Source: Vairimorpha necatrix
Lineage: Eukaryota
Assembly (NCBI GenBank): GCA_036630325.1
Contig: CP142731.1
Coordinates: forward strand, 310,001-374,000
Direction: 5' to 3'
Length of the DNA: 64,000 bases
Shown here: positions 23,235-34,937 of the stretch, one piece after another
Numbering within the stretch: position 1 is the first letter of the stretch
How the letters are laid out: every line of letters starts with the position of its first letter
Notes under the pieces: generated by a model
Told to the model about the DNA's origin: nothing
The model's input: the letters and a program-made list of their open reading frames with translations, nothing else
The model's database searches: none
Program-made: the position numbers and the translations under genes

Positions 23235-23444
23235 ATGTCCGGTGAAAAATTCAACAAAGAAGAAGAAAAACTTATTCCTAACCAAAATGTAGAAGGAGAC
23301 AGAGAAACAGAAGACAGCGAAGTCAGCACATCAGATAGCAGTTTAACCGACTCTGGATCAGACGACAGTTCAGAATCATCTTACAGTGATTACGATGATG
23401 ATGACAGCGACAGTGAAATCGAAAGCGACGATGATTCAGAATAA
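23235..23444 (+). CDS. Small acidic Ser/Asp-rich protein
   Basis: 69-aa ORF with a CCC motif before the ATG and coding-like composition. Confidence 0.65.
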   Translation: MSGEKFNKEEEKLIPNQNVEGDRETEDSEVSTSDSSLTDSGSDDSSESSYSDYDDDDSDSEIESDDDSE

Positions 23445-23828
23445 TTAAAAGTTTTATAAAAAAAACTCTATTTTTAATTTTACCACTTTATATTTGCAAT
23501 TATAAGTTTTAAAATTAATTATTTTGAAATGTTCTTACTTTATTTTGCAATTATAAGTTTTAAAATTAATTATAATACAAATTTATATAAAAAAATCTCA
23601 AATTATTCCACAACTTTAGATTTGATTGTTTTATTTTATACTACAATTTATGCATAGTTTATTTTATATGTACGTGTATTCTTAGTAATTTGTGTTTTTA
23701 TGAGTTTGTTTGTTAACAAACAAAGTATTTCTTAAAAAAGTATAAATAGAAAAAATTTCCTGCATAATTATAAAATTGTAAGGTCTCATATTTTTATTTC
23801 AAAATCTTTCTCCTCTTGTCTTTTTTTT

Positions 23829-24641
23829 CTATCCTATATTTTCAGTGTTTCCTCTAGTATTATGTCTCTCGTCATTTATCTCGTCTTGTCTTCTCAGTTC
23901 CTCCAAGTCTTTTTCCCTTTCTTCTTCTTTTTTTTCTATTTCTGGCCTCTCGTTTATATTTTTCAATAATTTTTCCGCAAATTGGTCCAGTGTGTATTTT
24001 GGTTGTATTCTGTTTTTTAGCATGTCTTTTCTATTTATAATATTCCTTTCTATGTTTTTATAATTATGAGTCTTATCTCCTGTACTGTTATGAGTCTCGT
24101 CTATTTTGTCAATCCTTTCTATATTTTTATAAGTAAGAGTCTTTTTTGAATTATTTATTTTTCTATGGAAATCTTCTTGTTCTTCCTTTTGGCGCATTTC
24201 TTGAAATATTATCTCAAGTTTTAGATAATTTACTGTCTCTATACTTACTACATACAAATATTCTAGTAGTGACAATATCCACTCTTTATCATCCCAGTCT
24301 ATAAAGTCAAATCTAAATGACTTCTTAATTTTGTACATTTTTATTTTATCATTTCTCGATTTTATGTTATATTTTTCCTGATCTTTCAGATCTTCAATAT
24401 AGAACATGTAGTTTTCATATTCCTCGATGCTCTCCTGTTTTCTATTCTGAGTTTCTAGATATTTCCCATTTAGAAAAGGAATAGAAAAATCAAGGAGATC
24501 CCGGGAATCCAAGTCATTTAATTTGTACTTGTCATATTGAAAGAAGAAGATGTATTTAGAAGGAGGCTTATTATTTAAGACACTGATTATTTCTTCCTTA
24601 ATATTAACACTCTCTTTAATGTTTTCCTGTATAGGATTCAT
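23829..24641 (-). CDS. TAP42: TAP42/alpha4 (IGBP1) family PP2A regulator
   Basis: SRNDKIKMYK, PKYTLDQF and C-terminal RRQDEINDE...RGNTENIG match the Tap42 pattern (R.wD.wkD...GN..N.G). Confidence 0.75.
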   Translation of the reverse strand: MNPIQENIKESVNIKEEIISVLNNKPPSKYIFFFQYDKYKLNDLDSRDLLDFSIPFLNGKYLETQNRKQESIEEYENYMFYIEDLKDQEKYNIKSRNDKIKMYKIKKSFRFDFIDWDDKEWILSLLEYLYVVSIETVNYLKLEIIFQEMRQKEEQEDFHRKINNSKKTLTYKNIERIDKIDETHNSTGDKTHNYKNIERNIINRKDMLKNRIQPKYTLDQFAEKLLKNINERPEIEKKEEEREKDLEELRRQDEINDERHNTRGNTENIG

Positions 24642-24762
24642 AAAGGGGTCTAAACATAAAAATGGTCATATGTACATTTCTAAGATTTAGATTGTGATGA
24701 GGTTTAATTTTGTTTATAACACTGTAGATTAAAAAAATAAGAAACTTGCACTTATTTATATG

Positions 24763-24893
24763 CTTATAATTCTGAAATATATTTATAATTACTGTAATAT
24801 ATTTATAAGCTGTAATATATTTATAATTCTGAAATATATTTATAATTCTGAAATATATTTATAATTACTGTAATATGCTTATAAGCTGTATTA
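24763..24893. repeat. AT-rich minisatellite (~17-20-bp units)
   Basis: Repeated tataattctgaaatatatt / tataattactgtaatatatt variants. Confidence 0.8.
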
Positions 24894-24933
24894 TACAGGT
24901 ATATTCAAATATTATATTGTCAAATCTCTTTAT

Positions 24934-25551
24934 TTAGTCACATCTCCCTACAAATTCCCTTCTCTTGTATCCCTCTGGATTTATCAGGAGGCACTCAAAG
25001 CCCATCCCGCCAAATGTGTCTCGATCTGATGAATTCAGAAATGTCTGCACTGAAGTAGTAAAAAGATCTTCATCTTCCATCTCTGGATAGAACAAGGCTT
25101 CAGACAAGCCCATCAAGTTCTTACTCGCAGTACCAGAAGTAACAAACTCACTTGTCTCTTTCATGGCTCCTATACAATCCATACTAGAAGCATAAGGCTT
25201 CTTATCCAGAGTCATCCCGCACACTATAACTGCCACATAGTAGGGCTGAAGTCTCTTCTGATACAAAATATAAGAAATCATATTACTCAATTCTGATGGC
25301 TCCATGTCTTTATTATTGTCTTGTACAAACAAATTATAATTCTTCCGTATCTTTTTAAATAACATTTCTCCGTCTGAGACGAGGCCTGTGAAGCCGAAGA
25401 AAAGCCTGGGGGTTAGGGAGTAAATTTTAGTAAAATTTTTGCTTACTGAAATTGGGCCTGAGCCGAGTCTCTTGTCTGATAAAAAAGCGACTGAAGATTT
25501 GCCTATCATGGCTAGTAAAGAGCCACCGTAATGTTGAGAAATATCACTCAT
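24934..25551 (-). CDS. PUP3: 20S proteasome subunit beta-3
   Basis: Starts MSDISQHYGGSLLAMIGK after a CCC motif. Motifs SDKRLG, GFTGLVSD, PYYVAVIVCG, MDCIG, FVTSGT, DRDTFGGMG and a C-terminal R.D. Confidence 0.93.
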   Translation of the reverse strand: MSDISQHYGGSLLAMIGKSSVAFLSDKRLGSGPISVSKNFTKIYSLTPRLFFGFTGLVSDGEMLFKKIRKNYNLFVQDNNKDMEPSELSNMISYILYQKRLQPYYVAVIVCGMTLDKKPYASSMDCIGAMKETSEFVTSGTASKNLMGLSEALFYPEMEDEDLFTTSVQTFLNSSDRDTFGGMGFECLLINPEGYKRREFVGRCD

Positions 25552-25857
25552 TTGAGGGTATAAAAAATTAGAAATTATGGAATTGTTTGTATTTGTCAAA
25601 TAACATGTTTATCAAGATATATGAGTAAATAATGTGTAAAATAACATTTTAATTTGATTGTAAAATAATATTCTAAGATGTAATTAATGTATGATTTATA
25701 TTTAAAAATATGATCAAGTATAAAATGTATTAAGAATATAATCAAGTATACAATGTACTTAAGAATATGTCTTATATTGATCATATTAAAAAAGTTTGAG
25801 ACTCTTTATGAAAGACAGACAATTTGATTTGAATAATTTTAAATTTTTTTACCCCAA

Positions 25858-28839
25858 ATGAGACACTCTTTTTATAAACAAAAAGCCTTTTATAAAAGAT
25901 CTTACATATTTCCTATGTATCTTCTCCCTATCTTAATAGGCATTACAAAATCATACCACATAATCCCTCTTTTTACTACGCTTTTCAGCATATTCTTTTT
26001 TTTATTGACTTGCTGGTCAGACAAATTTAAAATTCTCTTCACCATGGTCTCATCAAACACGCCTTCTTTTATTTTCTACAATGGAAAATTGTGTAAAATT
26101 CAAAATTCGACATTTTTATATAAAAAATCAAAATTTTTTATAGAAAATAAAAAAATTATAAAATTGTCTCCAAATATAACAAGAAATTTCTCTTATTACA
26201 TTTCTGAATATAAAAATCAACCTTTTGTTGATCCAAAATATTTAAAAAATTTTCAAAAAAATTTTTATAAAATTGATCCACCAAAATTTGTAGATTTATT
26301 TTGTCAACACGCTACCACTCCATTTTTCGTATTCCAAATCTTCTGCGGTATCTTATGGTGTCTTGATGAATACATTTACCAATCATTATTTACAATAATA
26401 ATGCTTATTATTGTAGAAGCAGGACTAGTTTATCAAAGAATAATAACTTTGAGACAATTTAGAACTATGAATCATAAAAATATACAAGTAGAATTAGAAA
26501 ATGGAGAAAAAATTGACTCTGTTGATATTTTACCGGGACAAATAATAAAAATTAAAGAATGTATAAGAATACCTTGCGATTTGTTAATAAAAAAAGGTAG
26601 TTGTGCTGTAAATGAAGCCATTTTGACTGGAGAATCAATACCACTTATTAAAGAAGATATTTCGGAAGTAGAAAAAAGCCGAATTTTTGATATAGAAAAA
26701 GACAAGAAACACGTCCTCTTTGCGGGGACAGACCTAATAAAAATAGACAATAATTTCGTGGAATGTTTTGTATTAAAAACAGGATTTGATACCGTCCAAG
26801 GCGAATTAATAAAAAAAATGATGACAAACGACGAAATAACTGTCAATGATGTGGAAGCTTATGGATTTATAGGAATGTTACTATTTTTCGCCATAATATC
26901 GGCCACTTACACTTGTAGAGAAGGTTTAAAAATGGGCAAAACAGGTTACAAAATATTTTTAGAATGTATTCTTATAATCACGAACGTCGTACCAACAGAA
27001 TTGCCTTTAGAACTGAGCATGGCAGTCAACGCTTGTGTGGCCGCCCTAAAAAATTTGGGGATTTTTTGTCTGGAACCTTTTCGAATTCCATTTGCGGGCA
27101 AAGTGAACGTGTGCTGCTTTGATAAAACTGGAACACTAACAGAAACAGTCTTAAATGTACAAGAAATTCATCATACAACTGCGGAAACTGTCAATGTATT
27201 GAGAACTTGTCATACACTAATAAAATTAGACAATAAATTGACTGGTGATCCATTAGAAACAGCAGTAGAAGATTATATAAACAAAATCATATTACAGTCT
27301 AATAATATTAATGTTTTAGAAAAGGTAAAAATGCCTAATCAAAATTTTATTGAAAATATTAATAAGACGATTAATACGAAGTATAATATAAAAAAGAAAT
27401 ATTTATTTTCTTCAGAATTAAAAAGAATGACTGTGGTTTATGAAAAATCTAAAGATTTTTACGTGTCAATGAAAGGCGCCCCCGAAACAGTAAAAAATTT
27501 TTTGAAAAAAATTCCTGATTTTTATGAAGACTATAAAAAATTTGCCAACGAAGGATTTCGAGTAATCGCCCTTGCACATAAAAAATTTTTAAAACGAAAT
27601 ACATTTGTAAGACAAGAAGTAGAAGAAAATATGGATTTTGCTGGATTTATTTTATTTGATTGTAAAATTAAAGATCATGCTTTTGAAACTATTAGAGATT
27701 TGAAAGATAGTGGTCATAAAGTTCTAATGATCACAGGTGATAATTTGTTGACTGCTTTGACAGTGGCTACAAAATTGGGAATAATTAATAAAAATGAAGA
27801 ATGTGGTGTAGAAGGAAATGATATAAATGAAGTTTTGTATACTGACGAATTTGAGAAATATCTTGTGTTTGCTAGAGCAGACCCGAAACAGAAAGAAAAA
27901 ATAGTGGAGAAATATAATAAAATGGGGTTTTATACTTTAATGTGCGGAGATGGGACAAATGACGTGGGTGCATTGAAATCTGCTCATGTTGGTGTGGCTT
28001 TGTTAGAACCACAAGTTAGTGCAAAATCAAAAGTTGTTTTGAAAGAACAAACTACGCCTCAACAAAGTTTCTTGAAAAAACTGGCTGAGGAAGTTAACGA
28101 CGAGTCGCAAGTCAAAATGGGCGACGCCAGTGTGGCGGCGCCTTTTACTGCTAAAACTAAATCTCTAGAATGCATTTTAAACATAATTCGTCAAGGAAGA
28201 AGTGCGCTAGTCACGACCATACAAATGTACAAAATTTTAGCTTTAAATTCTCTAGTAAACGCCTTTTCTCTTTCAGTTTTGGACTGTATGGGCATCAGAT
28301 TCAGTGAATATCAATTAGTAGCTTCAGGGATGCTTGTGGCATTAGCTTTTACATTTTTGACTAAAAATGTTCCACTTAAAGAAATCAGTAGTAAAAGACC
28401 TCTTACTACTATTTTTAATAAGTATATCATGTCTTCTATCTTTTTACAAGTCAGTATACATATAATATCATTTTTAGTGGTACTAAAAAAACTTAAAAAT
28501 TTTGAGACATTAATTTATGAAGAAAAATTTAAGCCCAGTTTGACGAACACTGCTTTGTTTTTATTGAGTACGACACAACAAGTGTCAACTTTCTTAGTGA
28601 ATTATATTGGTAGACCTTTTAGAGAAAGTTTGATGGAAAACAAAAGGCTTTTGGGGTGTCTTACACTGCTTTTTGGGATGATTTTTTATCTTTTATTGGA
28701 AATTAATGAGGAATTTAACAGTTTAATGGAAGTGGTGCCATTGGGAGAGCTTAAGACTTTTATAGGGGCAGTTATAATTTTAGATGTGGGCGCTTGTTTC
28801 TTAGTTGAAAGGATGTGTTTTAACTATTTATTATTATAA
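25858..28839 (+). CDS. SPF1: P5A-type P-ATPase (Spf1/ATP13A1)
   Basis: PFFVFQIFCGILWCLDEY, LTGES, VVPTELPLELSMAVN, CCFDKTGTLT, MITGDN, MCGDGTNDVGALK and GDASVAAPFT. Confidence 0.96.
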   Translation: MRHSFYKQKAFYKRSYIFPMYLLPILIGITKSYHIIPLFTTLFSIFFFLLTCWSDKFKILFTMVSSNTPSFIFYNGKLCKIQNSTFLYKKSKFFIENKKIIKLSPNITRNFSYYISEYKNQPFVDPKYLKNFQKNFYKIDPPKFVDLFCQHATTPFFVFQIFCGILWCLDEYIYQSLFTIIMLIIVEAGLVYQRIITLRQFRTMNHKNIQVELENGEKIDSVDILPGQIIKIKECIRIPCDLLIKKGSCAVNEAILTGESIPLIKEDISEVEKSRIFDIEKDKKHVLFAGTDLIKIDNNFVECFVLKTGFDTVQGELIKKMMTNDEITVNDVEAYGFIGMLLFFAIISATYTCREGLKMGKTGYKIFLECILIITNVVPTELPLELSMAVNACVAALKNLGIFCLEPFRIPFAGKVNVCCFDKTGTLTETVLNVQEIHHTTAETVNVLRTCHTLIKLDNKLTGDPLETAVEDYINKIILQSNNINVLEKVKMPNQNFIENINKTINTKYNIKKKYLFSSELKRMTVVYEKSKDFYVSMKGAPETVKNFLKKIPDFYEDYKKFANEGFRVIALAHKKFLKRNTFVRQEVEENMDFAGFILFDCKIKDHAFETIRDLKDSGHKVLMITGDNLLTALTVATKLGIINKNEECGVEGNDINEVLYTDEFEKYLVFARADPKQKEKIVEKYNKMGFYTLMCGDGTNDVGALKSAHVGVALLEPQVSAKSKVVLKEQTTPQQSFLKKLAEEVNDESQVKMGDASVAAPFTAKTKSLECILNIIRQGRSALVTTIQMYKILALNSLVNAFSLSVLDCMGIRFSEYQLVASGMLVALAFTFLTKNVPLKEISSKRPLTTIFNKYIMSSIFLQVSIHIISFLVVLKKLKNFETLIYEEKFKPSLTNTALFLLSTTQQVSTFLVNYIGRPFRESLMENKRLLGCLTLLFGMIFYLLLEINEEFNSLMEVVPLGELKTFIGAVIILDVGACFLVERMCFNYLLL

Positions 28840-29161
28840 ATAAAAATATTGACTTTTTATATATAAAAATAATTTCGACTAGTTTATAATTTTTTACTTC
28901 TTCTGTATAAAAATTAGAATAGCCTTTTTTTAAACAGCATTTATGAATTTATTTGAAAATTACATTATTATATAAATTTCAATAATTTAATTACATTAAT
29001 ATATAAATTTATTTGATTTAGGTAGTGGCAATTAACTTTGTAAATTGTTATACCTTTGATTAATATTTACATTCTTAAAAAAATATGTCATCTTATTGAT
29101 TAAAAAATAAATTAATAACGACATTTAATTTGCCGTTATAAAATTCATAATTTTTCACCCC

Positions 29162-30094
29162 ATGAAAATGATCATAGATTTTATTATTTTAATGTTTTTC
29201 ATCAAAAAAGAATTTAACGATCAACAGTCGACACTGTGCAAATATTTACTTGATCCAATTTCTAAAGAATATTCTGAACTAGTAATCTCTGAATTGGGTC
29301 GTGTCTTAAGAAATGACATTTGTTTGATTGTAAATTCTAATACTACCAGTATTTTCAGATATAAAATAAAAAGACAAGGTCTGCAAAGAATACTATCTTA
29401 CAATAGGAAATTAGTAATTGAACCATTCGTTAAATCAAATTTATCTAATTTTTTTGTAGATAAAGAATCTCTGGTGTATTTTTCAGATTTAGAAAAAGCA
29501 GGTCAAAAAGTGCTACATTATAACTACAGCCTCGTACCAGACAAATTCCACGATCTTCTAATTAAAGCGTATAGAAAGCTGACTGAGCGCGAAATACAAA
29601 ATTCGAAATTTTATGAATTTAATATAAAAACAGAAAAATATAAAAATTTTAAGGAATACAGAATTGAACACTGTGACATAGGAATAATACACAATACTGT
29701 GTACAAAAAGGAATGTAATGAGTCATATAATATTCTAACAAAACATTTTAGAACATTTATAAGTGATATTAATTTAATAGATAAACCGTTTTTTGAAATA
29801 ACGGACAAATACCTAAAAAGCTTAACGAATTTTTTAATTGATAAAAATCTTCTTAATGAAAACATACCAATTTACAACTTGTTGCCTTTTAAATTTACTA
29901 AAAATTTATCAGACACATTTCACGATGAACATTTAATTTCTGGTGGAATATGTTTTGATAGACTCACAGAAGAACAAAAAAAACATTTCAATATCTCTGA
30001 ATTCTGTAAATATGGTGACAGATATATTTTTACTTACAAATGTTCTGTAAAGAAATCTATTTTTAAAAATAATATTTATAAAGAACTTATTTAG
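29162..30094 (+). CDS. Hypothetical protein
   Basis: 310-aa ORF with a CCCCATG start, ending 19 bp before the next gene. No confident domain. Confidence 0.75.
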   Translation: MKMIIDFIILMFFIKKEFNDQQSTLCKYLLDPISKEYSELVISELGRVLRNDICLIVNSNTTSIFRYKIKRQGLQRILSYNRKLVIEPFVKSNLSNFFVDKESLVYFSDLEKAGQKVLHYNYSLVPDKFHDLLIKAYRKLTEREIQNSKFYEFNIKTEKYKNFKEYRIEHCDIGIIHNTVYKKECNESYNILTKHFRTFISDINLIDKPFFEITDKYLKSLTNFLIDKNLLNENIPIYNLLPFKFTKNLSDTFHDEHLISGGICFDRLTEEQKKHFNISEFCKYGDRYIFTYKCSVKKSIFKNNIYKELI

Positions 30095-30113
30095 AAAAAA
30101 CAAACCCCCTATA

Positions 30114-31496
30114 ATGGACATTAAAAAAACTTTTAAACAAAAAATTATTTCAGATGTCTTGACTTATAACACTGACTGGCCTGTTCTAATTTACGACAAG
30201 ACATGTGCAGAATTATTAAAAAATCTTTTTACTAAATCTGAGTTTATAACTTATAATATCGTCATGTCTCAATTTATAGAAGAAAATCGTGATCAAGCCG
30301 ATTTTCCTGTAATTTATTTTGTTAAATGTACTAGCGAAATATCAAAAATAATAAATTCAGACTTTATTAATAAGAAATATTCTTCATTTAACGTATGTTC
30401 ATTATGTGAACCAGAAAATCTTAATAATGAAATTTCTTGTAAAGTAGTACATTTAAATATAAAAGCAATGGAAGAAAGATTTTTTTTGAGTGAAATTGAT
30501 GACCTAAATTCTGTTTGTAATATTTTAAATTCATATTTTTTTGTTGAATATACAAATAGAAATTTAGAGAAATACAGTAAAATACTTACAGATGACAATA
30601 ATAAATTAGGAAAATTGATATTATTTGATCGTAGTATAGATTTATTTACACCTTTATTACATTTTTATACTTTCCAACCTTTATTAGAAGATATCAATAT
30701 AACTGACATGAAAAAAATTTATGAAGAATACGGGAACACAACACTGTGGAAAGACCTAAGACACACGCATTTAGGAGAAATGTCGGATTTATTAAAATCT
30801 TATGTGAAGAAAGTTAGAACAAAACCAAATGAAAATATTAAAGATTTAATGAAAGCAGTCATGGACGCACCAGAAACCATGAAAACTAATAAAGGATTAC
30901 GCTTATTTTTCGATTTAACAGAAGAATGTTACGCCAAATTTGATTATTTTGATACATTCGCCAATATCGAACAATCAATTGTAACTAAAGAAAAAATTAA
31001 AAATGAAAAAATTTTAAAAATATTAAAAAATCAAAATATTGAAGAAAATGATAGAAAAAGAATATTTTTACTCTATAAACTTAGTGGACACAAATATACA
31101 GACGAAGAAATGAAAGATTTGGAATTTTTGAAAGATCTTGATATAGAAATAGGCGATTTTAAACCCATTTCGTATGATTACAAGTTCAATTACGCAGTGT
31201 CTAAATTCGAGCCAACGATTTCTGTGGCTTTACGTGAATATATAAAAAACAATAAAAAGATTATACCTTTTTATAAAGTAGAAAGAGAAAAGAAAACAGT
31301 ACAAAGTTTACGAAAAACAAATTTGATATCAGTAAAAAAAGAAATTAAAGGTGACAATATATGGTGTATTTACATAAAAGGCGGAGTTACTTATGAAGAA
31401 ATAAAATGCATATATAAATTAAGTGACGAGTTGGGAATTGAATTTGTGATAGGAAGTGATAAAATAGTAAGAGCGCAAGATTATATAAATAAATAA
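30114..31496 (+). CDS. SEC1: Sec1/Munc18 (SM) family protein
   Basis: WPVLIYD, LILFDRSIDLFTPLLHFYTFQ, LWKDLRHTH and IYIKGGVTYEEI...VIGSD. Confidence 0.85.
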   Translation: MDIKKTFKQKIISDVLTYNTDWPVLIYDKTCAELLKNLFTKSEFITYNIVMSQFIEENRDQADFPVIYFVKCTSEISKIINSDFINKKYSSFNVCSLCEPENLNNEISCKVVHLNIKAMEERFFLSEIDDLNSVCNILNSYFFVEYTNRNLEKYSKILTDDNNKLGKLILFDRSIDLFTPLLHFYTFQPLLEDINITDMKKIYEEYGNTTLWKDLRHTHLGEMSDLLKSYVKKVRTKPNENIKDLMKAVMDAPETMKTNKGLRLFFDLTEECYAKFDYFDTFANIEQSIVTKEKIKNEKILKILKNQNIEENDRKRIFLLYKLSGHKYTDEEMKDLEFLKDLDIEIGDFKPISYDYKFNYAVSKFEPTISVALREYIKNNKKIIPFYKVEREKKTVQSLRKTNLISVKKEIKGDNIWCIYIKGGVTYEEIKCIYKLSDELGIEFVIGSDKIVRAQDYINK

Positions 31497-31741
31497 AATG
31501 TTGGTTAATTCTATAAATAGGCAATATTTGTTACTAAAATGCAAGCTATATTAATTTTATATACAAAAAACATACATTTTATAATCAGAAGTTTAAAATT
31601 ATTATTTTATTTTTTCAAGTTTTTTTTTTGAATATAAATTGTAATAATCACGCAATAAATACATTTTAAAATTATTATATAGTTGTTTACACCAGCTAAA
31701 AGCTGTAAATATTAATTATATTGTAAAAGATTTATTTAAAG

Positions 31742-31990
31742 CTAATTTATATGCTTCAAAGTCAGAATTAAAGTCAAATAAATAAGAACTAAAATTGAAA
31801 CCACAAATACGACATAGTATTTACCTTTTGTAACATCTTCATCAGCTTCTATAGTATCTTCTGTACTATCATCTTTTAATAACTTATAATTAGAATCTGA
31901 TAGATCTACTGTATAAAAAACGGATGATACTACTTTATTTAAAAATAGAATAGTTAATAAATAAGAGAATAAATTTCTAATGATATTCAT
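31742..31990 (-). CDS. Small secreted/membrane-anchored protein family, paralog 1
   Basis: MNIIRNLFSYLLTILF signal-like N-terminus, TVDLSD motif, acidic spacer, hydrophobic C-terminus. CCCATATG start. Confidence 0.85.
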   Translation of the reverse strand: MNIIRNLFSYLLTILFLNKVVSSVFYTVDLSDSNYKLLKDDSTEDTIEADEDVTKGKYYVVFVVSILVLIYLTLILTLKHIN

Positions 31991-33095
31991 ATGGGTTAAT
32001 TTTTTTTTTATTTAAATAGTATATTAAAAAAATTTATGATGTTGCATATTTAGGCGTAATTAGATTTATGTAGACTTCACTTATGAAGCGTAAATTGCTG
32101 TATATTTTATGTAATATGACTCAGTTAAATAAAATTTACATATTGTCAGTTATTTTTAAAAATTTGTCAAAATCAAACTAAAATATTTACATATAAATGC
32201 AAATATAATTTTTTTCAATAATAAAATTTGTTTATGGACTTAAAATGCCAGAATTGAAGGCTTATGTATAATTATTAAATATTAGTGATAATTATGTTAT
32301 ATATATCTGTCAATTTTAGACACTTCGGCCGCGTCGAGACATTTGACATTTTAAATTAATTTGATTTTTTTTTAAAAAAAATGGGTTATTTTATTCATTA
32401 AAAAGCACTTATCGTACTTAAAAGTTTTACATACAAAAATATTGTATATTATATAAATTTAATAATTGTTTTATTTGGAACTAATATAACGTTCGTCTCG
32501 TTATCTTGATTAACTCTTACAGGGGTAATTGTTATTGTCAAAGATCTTATAATTTTTTGAAATTTTCAAAACTTTAAACTAGACGCACTTTCCTTAGAAC
32601 ATGCCTTCTCAGCAAATATTTGTAATTCTTACTTTCCAAGATCTTCCTAATCGTAACCTCATTTTAATCTATTGACATAGACTCTAAAATATTAGTACAA
32701 TTGGTATTGTGTAAACGTCAAAAATGAAAGGACTTTCAGCTTCCATATGTGTTTTCCATGATATTGCAGTATTCTTCATCTCGCAACATCACTTATGGAA
32801 TTTTTTCGCCAGATTTTTGATTAGACTCGGATTTTCATACAAAAATAATATTTCTTTCGTTTTCTATTCTCGACTATAGTAATTAAATACTAGCATTAAT
32901 AAAACTTCCATGTTTAAATTTTTCTCATCAAACGCAAGATGAATATGTTGAAAATTATAATAACATCGATAAAAGTTTTATTGCTTAAATTATATGTAAT
33001 ACACTGCAATATAATTTTCAAATTATACAAAATTTTTTACTAAAATATAACTTTTGGATGTACTTTACATAAATATTAGAAAGCATTTATTCAAA

Positions 33096-33347
33096 TTAAT
33101 AAACACACTTAACAGCTAGAATTAAAGCCACGCATGAAAGAATTAAAATCGAAATTACAAAAACGACAAAAGATTTAGCTTTGTCACCATCTTCATAAGC
33201 TTCTAAAGTTTCATTTGTGCTATCATCATCTTGTAAAAGTGGAGCATTATAAACTGATAGGTCTACTGTATTTAAAACTGAAGCTAAGATTGTATATAGA
33301 AAGCTAATAGTTAACAAATAATAGAACAAGTTTTTAATAATATTCAT
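33096..33347 (-). CDS. Small membrane-anchored protein family, paralog 2
   Basis: MNIIKNLFYYLLTISF...TVDLS...FVVFVISILIL. CCCATATG start. Confidence 0.85.
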   Translation of the reverse strand: MNIIKNLFYYLLTISFLYTILASVLNTVDLSVYNAPLLQDDDSTNETLEAYEDGDKAKSFVVFVISILILSCVALILAVKCVY

Positions 33348-34691
33348 ATGGGTATATTTTTTTTAATTATATACGGCCTCAGAAATTTTAAATTATTAAA
33401 TACTTGAACTCGTTTGTTGTATAATTTTGAATTTACTACTTATTTTAAAACATCGTATATCTTATATTGTATGATTTTCTAATCTTAATAACATACATTA
33501 AGAGATGATAATGAAATTTATAAAAAATTACAAATATATATATGAAATGCTATTTTGCTGAAGAACAAAATTTGTCCAAAAATAAAAAATTCTAAGTTTA
33601 AAGACTAATTGTATCATTTTGTGAAAGTAAGGATAATATATATAATTTGATTAAAACAAAACGTCAGACGCATGGAGATATTTGACATCTTATTATATTC
33701 AGACAGTTTTAAAAAGCATATGTTTTCTATAAATAGATGGGAGTTCAAATAAACAAAAGATCGTCACATTGATAATTTAACAGTTTTAATAATAAAAATA
33801 ACATGCACAACGAGGACTAGACATAGTTCAAGTCGATATCCATTCTGCAATAAAATGTTTTTGACAAAAACTCCTACTACTATTATTTAAGAAGGCTTTA
33901 AACAGGAAAAGCGTGCAGGAAGGTAGCAAAACTTAATTTAATGAATATCATACATTTGAAACATCCCTTAATTTTAATAGACGTACCCTCGCTGGGGTGG
34001 GTCTAACCACATTTAAGTTATGACGTAACAAAAATATCACTAAAATAAAATATAGTGTGCATTTATCAATAAATTAATTTAGATTCATTTAATTTATTAG
34101 TACAGACACTCCAGTCTCATTTATGAGATTGAATCTTAGAAGTTTCTAACTATTATTGTTAACCCTTTCAGAATTTTCAGACTATAAATCACTTTTTATG
34201 CGCATTTCCTTTAGACTTACTTTTTCAGGCAGTACATTTCTATTTCTGGCTACTTCTTCCTCTCAAGAAACTTCTTAGGCGTAGTCTCATTTTACTCCGA
34301 ATATACAGACACTAAAGACTTCTTAAGTATGATAGATAAGACTTGAACTTTAAATAATGAATATATAATTCAGCCTTATGCTGGTTTTCTGTAATATTTA
34401 GTCATTACTAACATAATTACGCTCGTTGAATATTTATATTTACATGAATGAATAAAAATTTTTTATTTGGAATTTAATTTTAGACTTTAGCAAGTCAACA
34501 CTGGCAGTTATTCAAATTTATTATTAATTTTTTCTTTCTTTTTGCTAAACACAAGAAATGTTATAAAATTTATAAATATCATTAGTAAAAAGTCTTTGTT
34601 GCTTCAATACATGCTATACGCTGCAATAGAATTTAACATTTTTATAAAATTTGAATACTTCACAGGAATAAAAAATAGCATTTATTTAAAA

Positions 34692-34937
34692 CTAATTAAT
34701 GCACTTCAAAATTACGACAAATGCTCCAAACGATAAAATCAAAACCAAAACAACTAATGCTTCATACAACTTAGCTTTTCGTCCATTTTCATATGTTTCT
34801 AAAATATTTGTGAAATAATCATTTTGTATTGGTGGGTCATTATTGTCCGATAGGTCTATTGTATAAATTGATGATATGACTGTATTGAAAAATACATTGG
34901 CCAACAAATAAGAGAATAAGTTTAAATTAATATTCAT
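34692..34937 (-). CDS. Small membrane-anchored protein family, paralog 3
   Basis: MNINLNLFSYLLANVF...TIDLSDNN...ALVVLVLIL. CCCATATG start. Confidence 0.85.
   Translation of the reverse strand: MNINLNLFSYLLANVFFNTVISSIYTIDLSDNNDPPIQNDYFTNILETYENGRKAKLYEALVVLVLILSFGAFVVILKCIN

Noticed and set aside
29930-29965. GGICFDRL resembling class II aminoacyl-tRNA synthetase motif 3
   Set aside because: Motifs 1 and 2 are not recognisable, so no function can be assigned.
33980-34030. tRNA-like fragment on the minus strand
   Set aside because: No proper B box or cloverleaf.
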